The notes beneath the pieces were generated by a model. It was given only the letters and a program-made list of their open reading frames with translations, made no database searches and was not told where the DNA came from. The position numbers and the translations under genes were made by a program. Source: Cyclobacteriaceae bacterium (GTDB taxonomy: Bacteria; Bacteroidota; Bacteroidia; Cytophagales; Cyclobacteriaceae). Taken from it: a stretch of DNA of 64,000 nt. Shown here in pieces: positions 32,748 to 43,252 of this stretch. Every line of letters starts with the position of its first letter. Position 1 is the first letter of the stretch. The stretch is taken from positions 3,159-67,158 of the forward strand of contig JAOUKH010000001.1 in assembly GCA_029882685.1 (NCBI GenBank). The letters are read 5' to 3'.

Positions 32748-34846
32748 TAGCTCAATTCAATTAATATTCTATCTCCCTTATTAATTTTTTTTCCAATAGT
32801 TAATGACTGATTTTTTACTCTACCAAAACCTTTATAATTTACAATTAGGCCTCTTTTTTCAAGTAAATAAATAGCATCTCGCAGAGTCATTCCCATCACA
32901 TTGGGTACAAAATTCTCTTTATGATATGTTGTTTTCCATTGCAATGAATTGGACTTAATACTAGCTCTTACCCAATTATCATCAATATCAGAGTGATTAG
33001 AAATTCCCAATTCATTGCATAGCAAGGTTAAATCATTACGATAGCCAGCTTGTACAACAGGGAAGAACCCATATTGTGGTTCAACGTTCTTAGATAGAGC
33101 TTCGTGCATTTGTATATCTCGGGCATAAATGTTATCAGCTACTTCTTTGAAGACAGGAGCTGCCACATTACTACCATACTGCTTCGACCCTTTAGGATTT
33201 TTGATAAGCACAATAGCACTATATTTAGGGTTGTCAGCAGGAAAATAGCCTGCAAATGAAGTAATATATTTCCGTGTATACAGACCATTTTCAAGTATTT
33301 GAGAAGTTCCTGTTTTTCCTGCAATACTGTAATGATCATTTTTAATATTGTTTGCAGTGCCGCGTTCTACAACTCCTTCGAGCATCAATTGAATTTTACT
33401 AAGTGTTTCATCAGAACAAATTTTTTCATTAAGCACAACTGTTTCGTATACTTCTTTTACCTGATCAGCTTTTTTAGCAGACTTAACTATAATTGGACGA
33501 ATCATTTTTCCATTATTGCCAACTGCATTATAAAGTGCAAGCATTTGAAGAGGTGTAAGTTCAAGACCATATCCATAAGCCATCCATGGTAGTGTGATTC
33601 CACTCCACTCTTTATCTTCCGGATGTATAATTTTGGGTTTTCCTTCTCCATATAATTGGAAACCCAATGGTTGAGATAACTTTAAATCATCCACATACTC
33701 TAGAAATTTTTCTGGCTTTAACCCAAAGTGTTTATCCACTAATTTTGCCATTGCAATATTTGAGGATTTCTCAAAGGCTTCTTTAATAGTTATAATTCCA
33801 TATCCTCCTTCATGGTGATCACGAACAGTATTGTTATAAAATTTATATTCACCGTTTCCAGTGTCGATATTATCATTTAAACTGATATTGGTCTCTTCTA
33901 AAAGAGCAATCATAGTAGCTAATTTAAATGTTGAGCCAGGTTCTGTAAGCCCCTGTCGACCTACAGCATAATTATATCGTTCGAAATAATTACCTTTCTT
34001 GTTTCTACTTAAACTAGACATGGCTTTTATTTCTCCAGTAGCTACTTCCATCACAACGGCAGTCCCATAGTCGGCTTGATGATCTTCTAAACTTCTTAGC
34101 AATGCTGATTCGGTTACATCTTGTAAATTGACATCCAATGTAGTTTGAATGTCCCATCCATCTTCAGTTTTTACCTCAGTTCCATCGTATATTGGTTTCC
34201 AATTTCTTCCCACCATTTTTTGGTACATTGCTTCCCCATCCTTACCTGAGAGCTGTTTATTGAAACTATATTCAAGCCCAACTATTCCTCTTTCTTCCTC
34301 ATTTATATAACCAATTGTCCTGTAACTTAAATTCTTGAATGGTCGAAAACGCTTATCTACTTTTTCAAAAATAATACCTCCTTTAAGACGACCTTCTCTA
34401 AAAATAGGCCATTCGCTCATTTCCTTTTTTTCTTGATAATTTATCTGCTTACGATTGAGAATTAAGTATCGCTTGTTGGCTAACCTAGCATCATTAATTT
34501 TTTGTTTATACCAATTTTTGTTATGGTCTTTATAAAATTTTGACAATAATAATGATAGAGAATCAAGTCCATTATTGTAAAGTTCTTTGCTAGGAATTTC
34601 TGGGTCAAATGCAACTTTGTAAAAAGGTAAAGATGTAGCTAATAGGCTTCCGTTATCTGAATAAATATTCCCTCTCGTTGCGTTTACTTTACGCACTTTG
34701 TAAGTGATTTGATCTGCCAATGCAGTCCATTTTTCACCTTCCACTTGTTGAACTACAACAATGCGGTAAATAATACCAATGGTAAAAACCAGCATAAATA
34801 AAAATGCTAGTCTTACTCGTAGTAATATGGAGTTTTTAATATTCAC
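32747..34846 (-). CDS. ftsI: Penicillin-binding protein (class B transpeptidase, FtsI-type) with C-terminal PASTA-like extension
   Basis: SxxK GSTFKLAT, SxN KSSNIA, KTG GKTGTSQ, and an N-terminal TM anchor. Confidence 0.93.
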   Translation of the reverse strand: MNIKNSILLRVRLAFLFMLVFTIGIIYRIVVVQQVEGEKWTALADQITYKVRKVNATRGNIYSDNGSLLATSLPFYKVAFDPEIPSKELYNNGLDSLSLLLSKFYKDHNKNWYKQKINDARLANKRYLILNRKQINYQEKKEMSEWPIFREGRLKGGIIFEKVDKRFRPFKNLSYRTIGYINEEERGIVGLEYSFNKQLSGKDGEAMYQKMVGRNWKPIYDGTEVKTEDGWDIQTTLDVNLQDVTESALLRSLEDHQADYGTAVVMEVATGEIKAMSSLSRNKKGNYFERYNYAVGRQGLTEPGSTFKLATMIALLEETNISLNDNIDTGNGEYKFYNNTVRDHHEGGYGIITIKEAFEKSSNIAMAKLVDKHFGLKPEKFLEYVDDLKLSQPLGFQLYGEGKPKIIHPEDKEWSGITLPWMAYGYGLELTPLQMLALYNAVGNNGKMIRPIIVKSAKKADQVKEVYETVVLNEKICSDETLSKIQLMLEGVVERGTANNIKNDHYSIAGKTGTSQILENGLYTRKYITSFAGYFPADNPKYSAIVLIKNPKGSKQYGSNVAAPVFKEVADNIYARDIQMHEALSKNVEPQYGFFPVVQAGYRNDLTLLCNELGISNHSDIDDNWVRASIKSNSLQWKTTYHKENFVPNVMGMTLRDAIYLLEKRGLIVNYKGFGRVKNQSLTIGKKINKGDRILIELS

Positions 34847-35216
34847 CTTTTATAATTTCTATTTTACTAGGTGGTTGCATGCTTTCATAAATACCCTGTT
34901 CCTTAACCCGGTTTGCCACTTCAGATTGTTTACTTGCAAGCATATAGTCCGCTTTTAGTGTGGTGTAGTCAGCACGTAAGTCACTTACTTCTTTTTTTGT
35001 TTTATCTATTCTTCGAATGGTCTTTTCAGCATAGTGGCTATTACCTATATAAAATATGCATAAGCCTATACTAAAAAGTAGCTGAGGCAGATATTTTAGA
35101 GGAAAACCATTCTCAAAAATTATGTCCGTTTTTATTGCGTTTTCTAACCTAGAAAAGATGCTACTTCCTTCACTTTGTTGTTCATCAACTTTAAAAGTGT
35201 TTTTTGTTGTTTTCAT
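34836..35216 (-). CDS. FtsL-like cell division protein (Bacteroidota type)
   Basis: 126 aa, one TM (LPQLLFSIGLCIFYIG) followed by a coiled-coil-like segment. Position between rsmH and ftsI. Confidence 0.75.
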   Translation of the reverse strand: MKTTKNTFKVDEQQSEGSSIFSRLENAIKTDIIFENGFPLKYLPQLLFSIGLCIFYIGNSHYAEKTIRRIDKTKKEVSDLRADYTTLKADYMLASKQSEVANRVKEQGIYESMQPPSKIEIIKGEY

Positions 35217-36124
35217 TTTTTTTCAGCTATCCTTAGTTTTGCACTTCTTGACCTATTGTTTTGTTTCACCTCTTTCTCACTTGCTTCAATTGGTTTTTTA
35301 TTAATAGCTACCAAAGGTTTTATTACATTACCGTAAAAATCTTTTTCTTCTTTTCCTCTAAAATCTCCTTTGTTAATAAAGTTTTTTACTAGTCTGTCCT
35401 CCAACGAGTGGTACGACATTACCACCAATCTTCCTCCTGGTTTTAATATATCAGCACTTTGTTCCAGCATTTCTTCCAAGGCTTTCAATTCTTCGTTCAC
35501 CTCTATTCTTATTGCTTGAAAAACCTGAGCGAAATACCTAAACTCTTTTCCTCGTTTCGCAAATCGTTCCAAAATAGCTTTCAAATCGTTTACTGTATTT
35601 ATTGGGTTGTTAGTTCTAGCAGCAACAATAGCAGCTGCTAATGTTTTGGCATTTCTAACTTCGCCATACATACCTAATAAACGATGTAGGTCTGATTCGC
35701 TGTATTGGTTTATTACATTTTTAGCAGTTAACTTAGATGATTGATCCATTCTCATATCTAATTCTGCATCGAAACGAGTGGAGAATCCACGTTGAGGGTC
35801 ATCTATCTGATGTGAAGAAACCCCTAAATCAGCAAGTATTCCGTCCACTTCTGTAACTTGATACATTTTTAAGTACCTTTTTAAATACCTAAAATTGGAA
35901 GCAATTAATGTGAAAGAACTTTTATTAATTATTTCAGCATTTGATTGTGCATCAATATCCTGATCAAAACCAAATAGCTTTCCTCTTTCTAATTTCTCTA
36001 AAATAACTTTTGAATGCCCTCCACCACCAAACGTTACATCGACATATACTCCCCCTGATTTTATATTTAACCCTTCCAAGCACTCATCCAGCATAACTGG
36101 CATGTGGTAGTTTTCATTACTCAT
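35213..36124 (-). CDS. rsmH: 16S rRNA (cytosine1402-N4)-methyltransferase RsmH
   Basis: HMPVMLDE and SAM motif TFGGGGHS. ATG at 36124 gives an 8-nt overlap with the mraZ stop; the track start is 36145. Confidence 0.95.
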   Translation of the reverse strand: MSNENYHMPVMLDECLEGLNIKSGGVYVDVTFGGGGHSKVILEKLERGKLFGFDQDIDAQSNAEIINKSSFTLIASNFRYLKRYLKMYQVTEVDGILADLGVSSHQIDDPQRGFSTRFDAELDMRMDQSSKLTAKNVINQYSESDLHRLLGMYGEVRNAKTLAAAIVAARTNNPINTVNDLKAILERFAKRGKEFRYFAQVFQAIRIEVNEELKALEEMLEQSADILKPGGRLVVMSYHSLEDRLVKNFINKGDFRGKEEKDFYGNVIKPLVAINKKPIEASEKEVKQNNRSRSAKLRIAEKK

Positions 36125-36563
36125 TTGTAAGCTTTTTCTGAACAAGTTGTGAGAATTCTTCAGAATCCTCCGTTACATATTCCTTATAAAGCTCTGGACT
36201 CCATACTTCTACTTTTTTTCCAATGCCAATTAGAATGGTTTCTTTTTCTAGTTTGGCATAAGCCAATGCTTTTTTAGGAATTAAAAATCTTCCAGAATTA
36301 TCAAGTTCCACTTCAGTATGACTGTTGAAAAACGCTCTTTGTAACCTTCTGTTTTCGGGGTCAAATTCACTTAACCCTGATATACGAGCTTCAATTTTTT
36401 TAAACTCAACCATAGGGAAGAGCACTAGACACGGGTCAAATCCATGACCAACTACTAGCTGATTACCAGATGATTCTGGTAATGCAGACTTGAACCTTGC
36501 TGGTAATACCAACCGACCTTTTGCATCAAGCTTGCATGTATATTCGCTAGTAAAAAAAGACAT
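36117..36563 (-). CDS. mraZ: Transcriptional regulator MraZ
   Basis: Two SpoVT/AbrB-like halves with DAKGRLVLP and DNSGRFLIP. First gene of the dcw cluster. Confidence 0.95.
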   Translation of the reverse strand: MSFFTSEYTCKLDAKGRLVLPARFKSALPESSGNQLVVGHGFDPCLVLFPMVEFKKIEARISGLSEFDPENRRLQRAFFNSHTEVELDNSGRFLIPKKALAYAKLEKETILIGIGKKVEVWSPELYKEYVTEDSEEFSQLVQKKLTNE

Positions 36564-36593
36564 AGCTCTAAAAAAGTTATTCTACTACTAGAA

Positions 36594-36601
36594 CAAACAT
36601 A
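36594..36601 (-). promoter_or_regulatory. -7 promoter box (TAnnTTTG) of the mraZ/dcw operon
   Basis: The minus strand reads tatgtttg, 30 nt upstream of the mraZ ATG. Confidence 0.5.
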
Positions 36602-36623
36602 AAAAATAATATGATATTTTCCT

Positions 36624-36653
36624 CCACTTTTTACCACTTTTTACCACTTTTTA
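36624..36653 (-). promoter_or_regulatory. MraZ operator: three tandem 10-bp repeats
   Basis: The plus strand is ccacttttta x3 (36624-33, 36634-43, 36644-53). The minus strand is TAAAAAGTGG x3, i.e. AAAGTGG boxes with 3-nt spacers. A fourth solitary AGTGG lies about 45 nt further upstream. Confidence 0.8.
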
Positions 36654-36938
36654 ACATTTTTGATATAAAAACGGGTGTTAATAGGTTGATTTTTCCACTA
36701 ATATTTTTCGTGTTATATTTTTTGACACTCTTATTTTTAGTACATGTTAAGGGTTTATTAATTATTAAATTTTATATAAAATATAAATAATTATATTTAT
36801 ATAGGATTGTATAAGAAATAGTAGATAGTCGAATAGCTGTTTTGGTTGCTTTGATTGATCTAATATTGGTTAGAACTAGACTTATCTAGATTTAAACTAC
36901 TGTAGTATAGGAGAGGGGGACATTATTAATTTTAATGG

Positions 36939-38528
36939 TTAACTAAAATAGAACCAAATAGAGATAACTATCAGTACTAATATGACTGATAAGATTATAT
37001 CCTGCCTATTATCAATTAGTTTAGTTTTGTTGTAGGTTATCTCTTTATATTTATTGTAATCAGGTTCTTTGGTGAGTAGACTTACAAGAATTAAAATAGC
37101 TACACATAATACAAATAGAAGAATGGCGAAATGAAGAAAGTTTACATCAGATAAATAGAATAATGGACCTGATAGTGATTCTTTGTTTATTTCACCAAAT
37201 AATCTGGCAGTTCCTAATACGAAGCCTGTAAATAAAGCTGCCATTGCACCTTGTGCATTTAGACGTTTAAAAAATAACCCTAAAAGGAAAACTGCTGCAA
37301 TTGGTGGAGAAATATATGCTTGTACGCTTTGAAGATAAGTAAATAACTGGTCTGATACCCTATCAATGAACTGAATCCAAAATATCCCTAGTATAACTAA
37401 AACCAAAGTGGCGATTTGTCCTACTACAACTAATTTCTTTTCAGAAGATTGGGGTTTAAATTTTTTATAAATGTCTAGTGTGAAGAGCGTAGAACAAGAG
37501 TTGAAAACGGTTGAAAGTGAACTCATTAGTGCAGCAAACAATCCTGCAACAACTAAGCCTCTAACTCCAGGTGGTAATAATACCTTGATAAGTGATGGAA
37601 AAGCCTGATCTGCGCTATCAAAGGAAAGCATTCCTTTTTGACTTAATGCATAGGCTATTATACCAGGAACTACAAAAATGAAAAGTGGTAGAATTTTAAG
37701 GTATCCACCAAATATTGTTCCTCTTCGTGCATTTTTTATGTCTTTAGCAGCTAAAACTCTTTGAACTATAAATTGATCAGTACACCAATACCATACTCCT
37801 AGAATTGGAGCTCCAAAAACAATTCCAGTCCATGGGAATTCAGAATGATTTAGAGGCTTCCATAAGTTGAAAAATTCTGGTTCGGCAGTAGACTTGAGTT
37901 CTGCCCAACCACCAAGATGACTTAAACCTATCCAGGTTATTAATATAGAACTACCAATTAAAATAAACATTTGTATCATATCAGTATATAACACTGCTTT
38001 TAGTCCACCTAGTATAGTATATAGACCAGTAGCTATTATTACTGCCACAGCTCCAGTCCAAAAATTAAGACCAATTGCTTCGAATATTATTCCACTTGCA
38101 GCAATAGTAACAGATATTTTGGTAAGTATATAAGCAATAATGGAGATGATTGAAAGGTAAGTTCGAGCTCCTTTAGAGTATCTAAGTTCTAGAAATTCAG
38201 GCATTGTATATACACCACTTTTAAGGTAGAAGGGTACAAAAACCCATCCTAATAGTAAAAGAATAATTCCTGACAGTAATTCGAATTGTGCTACAGCCAC
38301 ACCACCACTTGCTCCCGAACCTGCTAAGCCAATTATATGTTCTGACCCAATATTGGATGCGAATAAGGATGCACCAATTACAAACCAACCCATATTTCTT
38401 CCACCTAGGAAGTAAGAAGAAGTATCACGATTTATTTTTTCTTTATAGGTTACATATATAGCTACTCCGTATATTAAAATGAAGTATAGTACTATTAAGA
38501 TAACATCAATGTAGTTTAGATTGAGCAT
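36939..38528 (-). CDS. Sodium:solute symporter (SSF/SGLT family)
   Basis: Polytopic membrane protein with GGRNMGWFVIGASLFASNIGSEHIIGLAGSGA, typical of SGLT-like transporters. Confidence 0.88.
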   Translation of the reverse strand: MLNLNYIDVILIVLYFILIYGVAIYVTYKEKINRDTSSYFLGGRNMGWFVIGASLFASNIGSEHIIGLAGSGASGGVAVAQFELLSGIILLLLGWVFVPFYLKSGVYTMPEFLELRYSKGARTYLSIISIIAYILTKISVTIAASGIIFEAIGLNFWTGAVAVIIATGLYTILGGLKAVLYTDMIQMFILIGSSILITWIGLSHLGGWAELKSTAEPEFFNLWKPLNHSEFPWTGIVFGAPILGVWYWCTDQFIVQRVLAAKDIKNARRGTIFGGYLKILPLFIFVVPGIIAYALSQKGMLSFDSADQAFPSLIKVLLPPGVRGLVVAGLFAALMSSLSTVFNSCSTLFTLDIYKKFKPQSSEKKLVVVGQIATLVLVILGIFWIQFIDRVSDQLFTYLQSVQAYISPPIAAVFLLGLFFKRLNAQGAMAALFTGFVLGTARLFGEINKESLSGPLFYLSDVNFLHFAILLFVLCVAILILVSLLTKEPDYNKYKEITYNKTKLIDNRQDIILSVILVLIVISIWFYFS

Positions 38529-39063
38529 AAAATACGTGTTTCTAATAAGAAGATTCTATCATCAATTGTTATCATAGATAATGTTATTAAAACCAATGTG
38601 GCAATACTATTTGTGCCAATGAATATTTAATATAAATGCGTGTTTGATATTCATGTTAATTGAAATAGCATTTTATGTATTATAACAAATCTCAATAATT
38701 TTATATATATGTCACTTAGGTGATTTGCACAAAGGAGGAGGGTAATTATTTCAGTAGAGCAACAAAAAAATACATAGGTTTATAGGACTTATTTTAAATA
38801 AGACCTACTTGTCTAGTATTACTTTATTAATTTTGTTATTTAATAATTAATGCAATAAGAAAGCTTCATTTACATTAATGATTTAGTCTAGACATATTTG
38901 AATGGTTTTTAATTTTTGAGATTGTGTTTAAATTATTGGTTAGAGAAAGTAGCCCCTATGAGTAAAGAATATAGAACACATACATTTAAACTGTATGATT
39001 GATCCATGTATTAGGTTATGTCGAAATACAGTAAAAAAATTCGAATTGAATGAAAATAATACG

Positions 39064-42000
39064 ATGAAATATTTTGCTATCATCATTAGTGTAATAACCT
39101 GTTTTAGTACAATTGCACAGGATCAGAAAGAAATACAGTTTATCCCTATTCAAGAAAAATTATCGCAAAATACTGTAACCACTGTTTTACAGGATAAAAA
39201 AGGTTTTTTATGGATTGGTACTAGAAATGGACTGAATAAGTACGATGGAATAAATGTGCAAAATTATAGCTTTGAAAACCGAAGTAAAGGACTTTCAAAT
39301 GCTTATATTAATGATATATTCCAAGATAATGAAGGGGCTTTATGGATAGCTACTTATGGAGAAGGGTTATTTAAATATGATGAATATTCTGATGAATTCA
39401 TTCAGTTTAAAAATGTCGTTGAAGATTATAAATCATTAAGTGACAACTTTATAAATGCTATTTACCAAGATCAAGATGGCACTATATGGATTGGTACAGA
39501 AAATGGAGGCTTGAATCGTTATGACCCCTCTACAAATCATTTTTCACGTTATAAACATAATGATAATGACCCTTTTAGTATTTCGAGTAATCAAATTACC
39601 GATATTCTAGAGGATCAAGATAGAAACCTATGGATTTCTACATGGGGAGGGGGGCTGAACTTATTTGATAAAAAATCATTAAGATTTATCCACTATTCTT
39701 ATGAAGAAGGAAATAGTAAATCATTGAGTTCAAATGATATAAATAAGCTTATTTTAGGTGTAGATAACGTGATATGGATTGCGACCCAAAATGGATTAAA
39801 TCGTTTAAAACACAGTAATGATGGTCTTTTTGAAATAGAGGTTATCTCTATAGAAACTGATAACACTGACAATTCATATAATGTTGTACTCTCAGTACTT
39901 GAAGATGATAGAGGATTATGGGTAGGTACTGAGAATGGAGGAATTAAAATAATTAATCTAGAAGATGGTTCTATTGAATCGTATGTGTATGATTCACACT
40001 ATGAAAACTCTATCCAAAGTAATTCAATATGGACTTTATATAAGGATGATATGGGGATTATTTGGGTAGGTACCTTTAATAAAGGTCTATTTAAAGTTGA
40101 TCAAAATCACACAAAATTTGATCATGTAAAACATAATCCACTTGTAGATAATTCTATAACCAATAATTCTATAAGTGCATTTGCTGAGGATAAAGAAGGG
40201 AATATTTGGATAGGAACTGATGGAGGTGGGCTTAATTATTGGGATGTAGCTAATGGTAAATTTACTCGTTTTAGAAGTGATAGAAACAAAAAAGGAACTT
40301 TGTCAAGTGATGCAGTTCTTTCGTTGCTTATTGATAAAAATGAAAATTTATGGATAGGAACTTGGCAGGGTGGCGTAAATATACTTAAAAAGGATAGAAG
40401 CGATTTTGAAAATTTTGACCTGGATTTAAGTAATAGTTCTGATACTTATAATGGAAATATATTTTCTTTATTAGAGGATTCAAAAGGTAGAATATGGATT
40501 GCAGTTTATCGAAATGGAGTGTATATATATGATCCCGAAACAGAGATTACGAAAGAGTTAATACATGAAGAAGCTAATTATAGATCGCTAAGTAATAATT
40601 TGGTAAGAAATATTGTTGAAGATGAAAGAGGAACGATATGGATAGGAACAGAAGGGGGAGGTTTGAACAAATGTATTGAAACTAATGGTGAATTTTATTT
40701 TGAACACTTCAAACATGATGATGAAAATGATAAAAGTATCAGTAATAATATTGTATATAGTTTATTGGTAGATTCAGCAGATAATTTATGGGTGGGAACT
40801 TCCGATGGATTAAATTTATTTGATAAAGATAAATATGAATTTTCAAAAATTGGTAAGGAAGCTGGTTTGCCCAATGAAGTGATTTTGGGAATTATTGAGG
40901 GTGATTCCAGCCAATTATGGATAAGTACAAATAATGGACTTTCTAGGTATGGGGTTAATGATCAATCTATCCGAAATTATGATGAATCTGATGGGTTACA
41001 ATCATTAGAATTTTCTAAAAATTCATTTTTAAAATTGAAAAACGGAGAGGTGTTGTTTGGGGGAATTAATGGTTTTAATAAATTTTTACCTGCTAATATC
41101 AAAGATAGTGAAAGTACACCGCCAGTCTATATTACTGATTTTTCGATTAACAACAAATCAGTAAAACCAGGAATAAATTCGCCATTAAAACGTAGTATTA
41201 TTAATACTAAAAGAATAGATCTTAATAGTGAACAAAACGACATGAGTTTTGGATTTGCGATCTTAAGCTTTTCTCAGTCAGGTAAAAGTACCTATGCATA
41301 TCAATTAGAAAATTACGATGATAATTGGCAAAATGTTGGTACAAGAAGAAATGCTTATTATACCAATGTTCCACCAGGTTATTATGTATTTAAAGTTAAG
41401 GCAACCAATAGTGATGGAAAATGGAGCGATAAAATAGCTTCTGTAGAAATTGTAATTTCACCGCCTTGGTATAATACCTATTGGGCATATTCATTATTCA
41501 TAATTATTATTACTGGAATTTTGGTACTAGGAATTCAAATGATTGTAAATAGAGAACGACTTCAAAATCAAATCAATATCGATCATTCAAAAATCATGAG
41601 TATGCAAGAAGTACACCAGATGAAAACTAGGTTTTTTGCTAATATCTCCCATGAATTTCGATCTCCACTTACTTTGATTTTAGGCCCTTTAAAATCGTTA
41701 GCTGAAAACCCAGATTTTTCAAGTAGTAAAAAACAAATTGATATGATGATCAGGAATGCACAACGCTTATTAAACCTCATCAATCAGTTATTGGAGTTGT
41801 CCAAAATTGAATCGGGAAACATGAAGCTTGAGACTAGTGAAAACGATATAGTAAAATTTTTAAAACCAATTGTACATTCTTTCAACTCACTATCTAATAA
41901 AAAATTCATAAGTTATAATTTTGATTTCCCCAAAGAGAAATTAATGGTGTATTTTGATAGAGAAAAATTAGAAAAAATTATTGCCAATTTATTATCAAAT

Positions 42001-43185
42001 GCCATAAAGTACACTCCCGATTTTGGGAAAATTAATGTAAGAGTTCATTCTAAAAATGATAAGGTGATAATTGAAGTTGAAGATAATGGTATAGGAATAC
42101 CTGAGGATGAGATGGAGTTTGTTTTTAATAGATATTATAGAGTAAACAGTAAGGAAAGTAAAAAAAATAAGGGGACAGGTATTGGGTTATCCTTAACTAA
42201 AGAACTAGTAACCTTACATAAAGGAGAAATAGAATTAGAAAGTAAGGTTGGAAAAGGTGCAGTATTTAAAATACACCTTCCTTTAGGTAAAGAACATCTT
42301 GATGAAAGTGAGATAATAGAATCAGGATTGGATTTTATGTATAATAATGAAAAGTCTAATAAAGAGATAGAAAAATCTAATGATTCTAATCAGGAAATGG
42401 AAGTGGATGGTTTTCCAATTGTCTTAATCATTGAAGATAATGATGATATTAGAATGTATGTTGCAGATATATTAAAAGAAAATTATAGGGTTCTTCAAGC
42501 TGATAATGGGAGTGATGGATTGAAGTTGGCATTAGATAATATACCTGACCTTATCATTTCTGATATTATGATGCCAGGCTTAGATGGTTATGAATTGTGT
42601 AGAAAAGTAAAAACAGATGTAAAAACAAGTCATATACCAGTAGTATTACTTACAGCAAAGGCCTCTAACGATAGTGCATTAACAGGTTTTGAAATGGGAG
42701 CCGATTACTTTATTATTAAACCATTTAATCCTAAAATATTATTACTTAGGATTAGAAATATGTTAAAATCTCGTGATGTAATAAAAGAAAATATTCTAAA
42801 AAAAGAAACACTTAACATAAATCCAAAAAATGTTCAGATAACAACTAAAGATGAAGACTTTATTAAAAAAGCAGTACAAATCGTAGAAGAAAATATGACC
42901 AATTCTAATTTTTATGTTGAGGACTTAGGAAAAGAACTAGGTTTAAGTAGGATGCAATTATATCGAAAGTTAAAGGGCTTAATAGGTCAATCAGCTAACG
43001 AGTTTACTCGTTCAATTCGTTTGAAAAGAGCGGCTCAATTAATTGAACAAGACACATTAACAATTTCTGAAGTAACATACGAAGTGGGTTTCACAGATTT
43101 ACAATATTTTAGAGACTGTTTTAAAAAACAGTTTGGGGTAAATCCAACTGAATACTTGAAAAACCTTCAAAAAAATGAGTCATAA
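39064..43185 (+). CDS. Hybrid two-component system sensor/regulator (beta-propeller/Y_Y_Y sensor, HisKA, HATPase, REC, AraC HTH)
   Basis: Signal/TM, many WIGT.NGL..YD propeller repeats, TM YWAYSLFIIIITGILVLG, H-box FFANISHEFRSPLT, DNGIGIP...GTGIGLS, REC (IIEDNDD...ISDIMMPGLDG...LLTAK), C-terminal AraC-type HTH. ATG at 39064 is preferred over the track start. Confidence 0.93.
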   Translation: MKYFAIIISVITCFSTIAQDQKEIQFIPIQEKLSQNTVTTVLQDKKGFLWIGTRNGLNKYDGINVQNYSFENRSKGLSNAYINDIFQDNEGALWIATYGEGLFKYDEYSDEFIQFKNVVEDYKSLSDNFINAIYQDQDGTIWIGTENGGLNRYDPSTNHFSRYKHNDNDPFSISSNQITDILEDQDRNLWISTWGGGLNLFDKKSLRFIHYSYEEGNSKSLSSNDINKLILGVDNVIWIATQNGLNRLKHSNDGLFEIEVISIETDNTDNSYNVVLSVLEDDRGLWVGTENGGIKIINLEDGSIESYVYDSHYENSIQSNSIWTLYKDDMGIIWVGTFNKGLFKVDQNHTKFDHVKHNPLVDNSITNNSISAFAEDKEGNIWIGTDGGGLNYWDVANGKFTRFRSDRNKKGTLSSDAVLSLLIDKNENLWIGTWQGGVNILKKDRSDFENFDLDLSNSSDTYNGNIFSLLEDSKGRIWIAVYRNGVYIYDPETEITKELIHEEANYRSLSNNLVRNIVEDERGTIWIGTEGGGLNKCIETNGEFYFEHFKHDDENDKSISNNIVYSLLVDSADNLWVGTSDGLNLFDKDKYEFSKIGKEAGLPNEVILGIIEGDSSQLWISTNNGLSRYGVNDQSIRNYDESDGLQSLEFSKNSFLKLKNGEVLFGGINGFNKFLPANIKDSESTPPVYITDFSINNKSVKPGINSPLKRSIINTKRIDLNSEQNDMSFGFAILSFSQSGKSTYAYQLENYDDNWQNVGTRRNAYYTNVPPGYYVFKVKATNSDGKWSDKIASVEIVISPPWYNTYWAYSLFIIIITGILVLGIQMIVNRERLQNQINIDHSKIMSMQEVHQMKTRFFANISHEFRSPLTLILGPLKSLAENPDFSSSKKQIDMMIRNAQRLLNLINQLLELSKIESGNMKLETSENDIVKFLKPIVHSFNSLSNKKFISYNFDFPKEKLMVYFDREKLEKIIANLLSNAIKYTPDFGKINVRVHSKNDKVIIEVEDNGIGIPEDEMEFVFNRYYRVNSKESKKNKGTGIGLSLTKELVTLHKGEIELESKVGKGAVFKIHLPLGKEHLDESEIIESGLDFMYNNEKSNKEIEKSNDSNQEMEVDGFPIVLIIEDNDDIRMYVADILKENYRVLQADNGSDGLKLALDNIPDLIISDIMMPGLDGYELCRKVKTDVKTSHIPVVLLTAKASNDSALTGFEMGADYFIIKPFNPKILLLRIRNMLKSRDVIKENILKKETLNINPKNVQITTKDEDFIKKAVQIVEENMTNSNFYVEDLGKELGLSRMQLYRKLKGLIGQSANEFTRSIRLKRAAQLIEQDTLTISEVTYEVGFTDLQYFRDCFKKQFGVNPTEYLKNLQKNES

Positions 43186-43252
43186 TATTAAAGTTAGAAT
43201 TTTGGGCAAGAAGATATTCTGAAAAATACTATTTATGATAAGTATAATAAGT

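Noticed and set aside
36624-36653. The tandem 10-bp repeat, considered as a micro-CRISPR or satellite
   Set aside because: It has only three units, no spacers, and lies exactly upstream of mraZ with the known MraZ box sequence. It is regulatory, not CRISPR.
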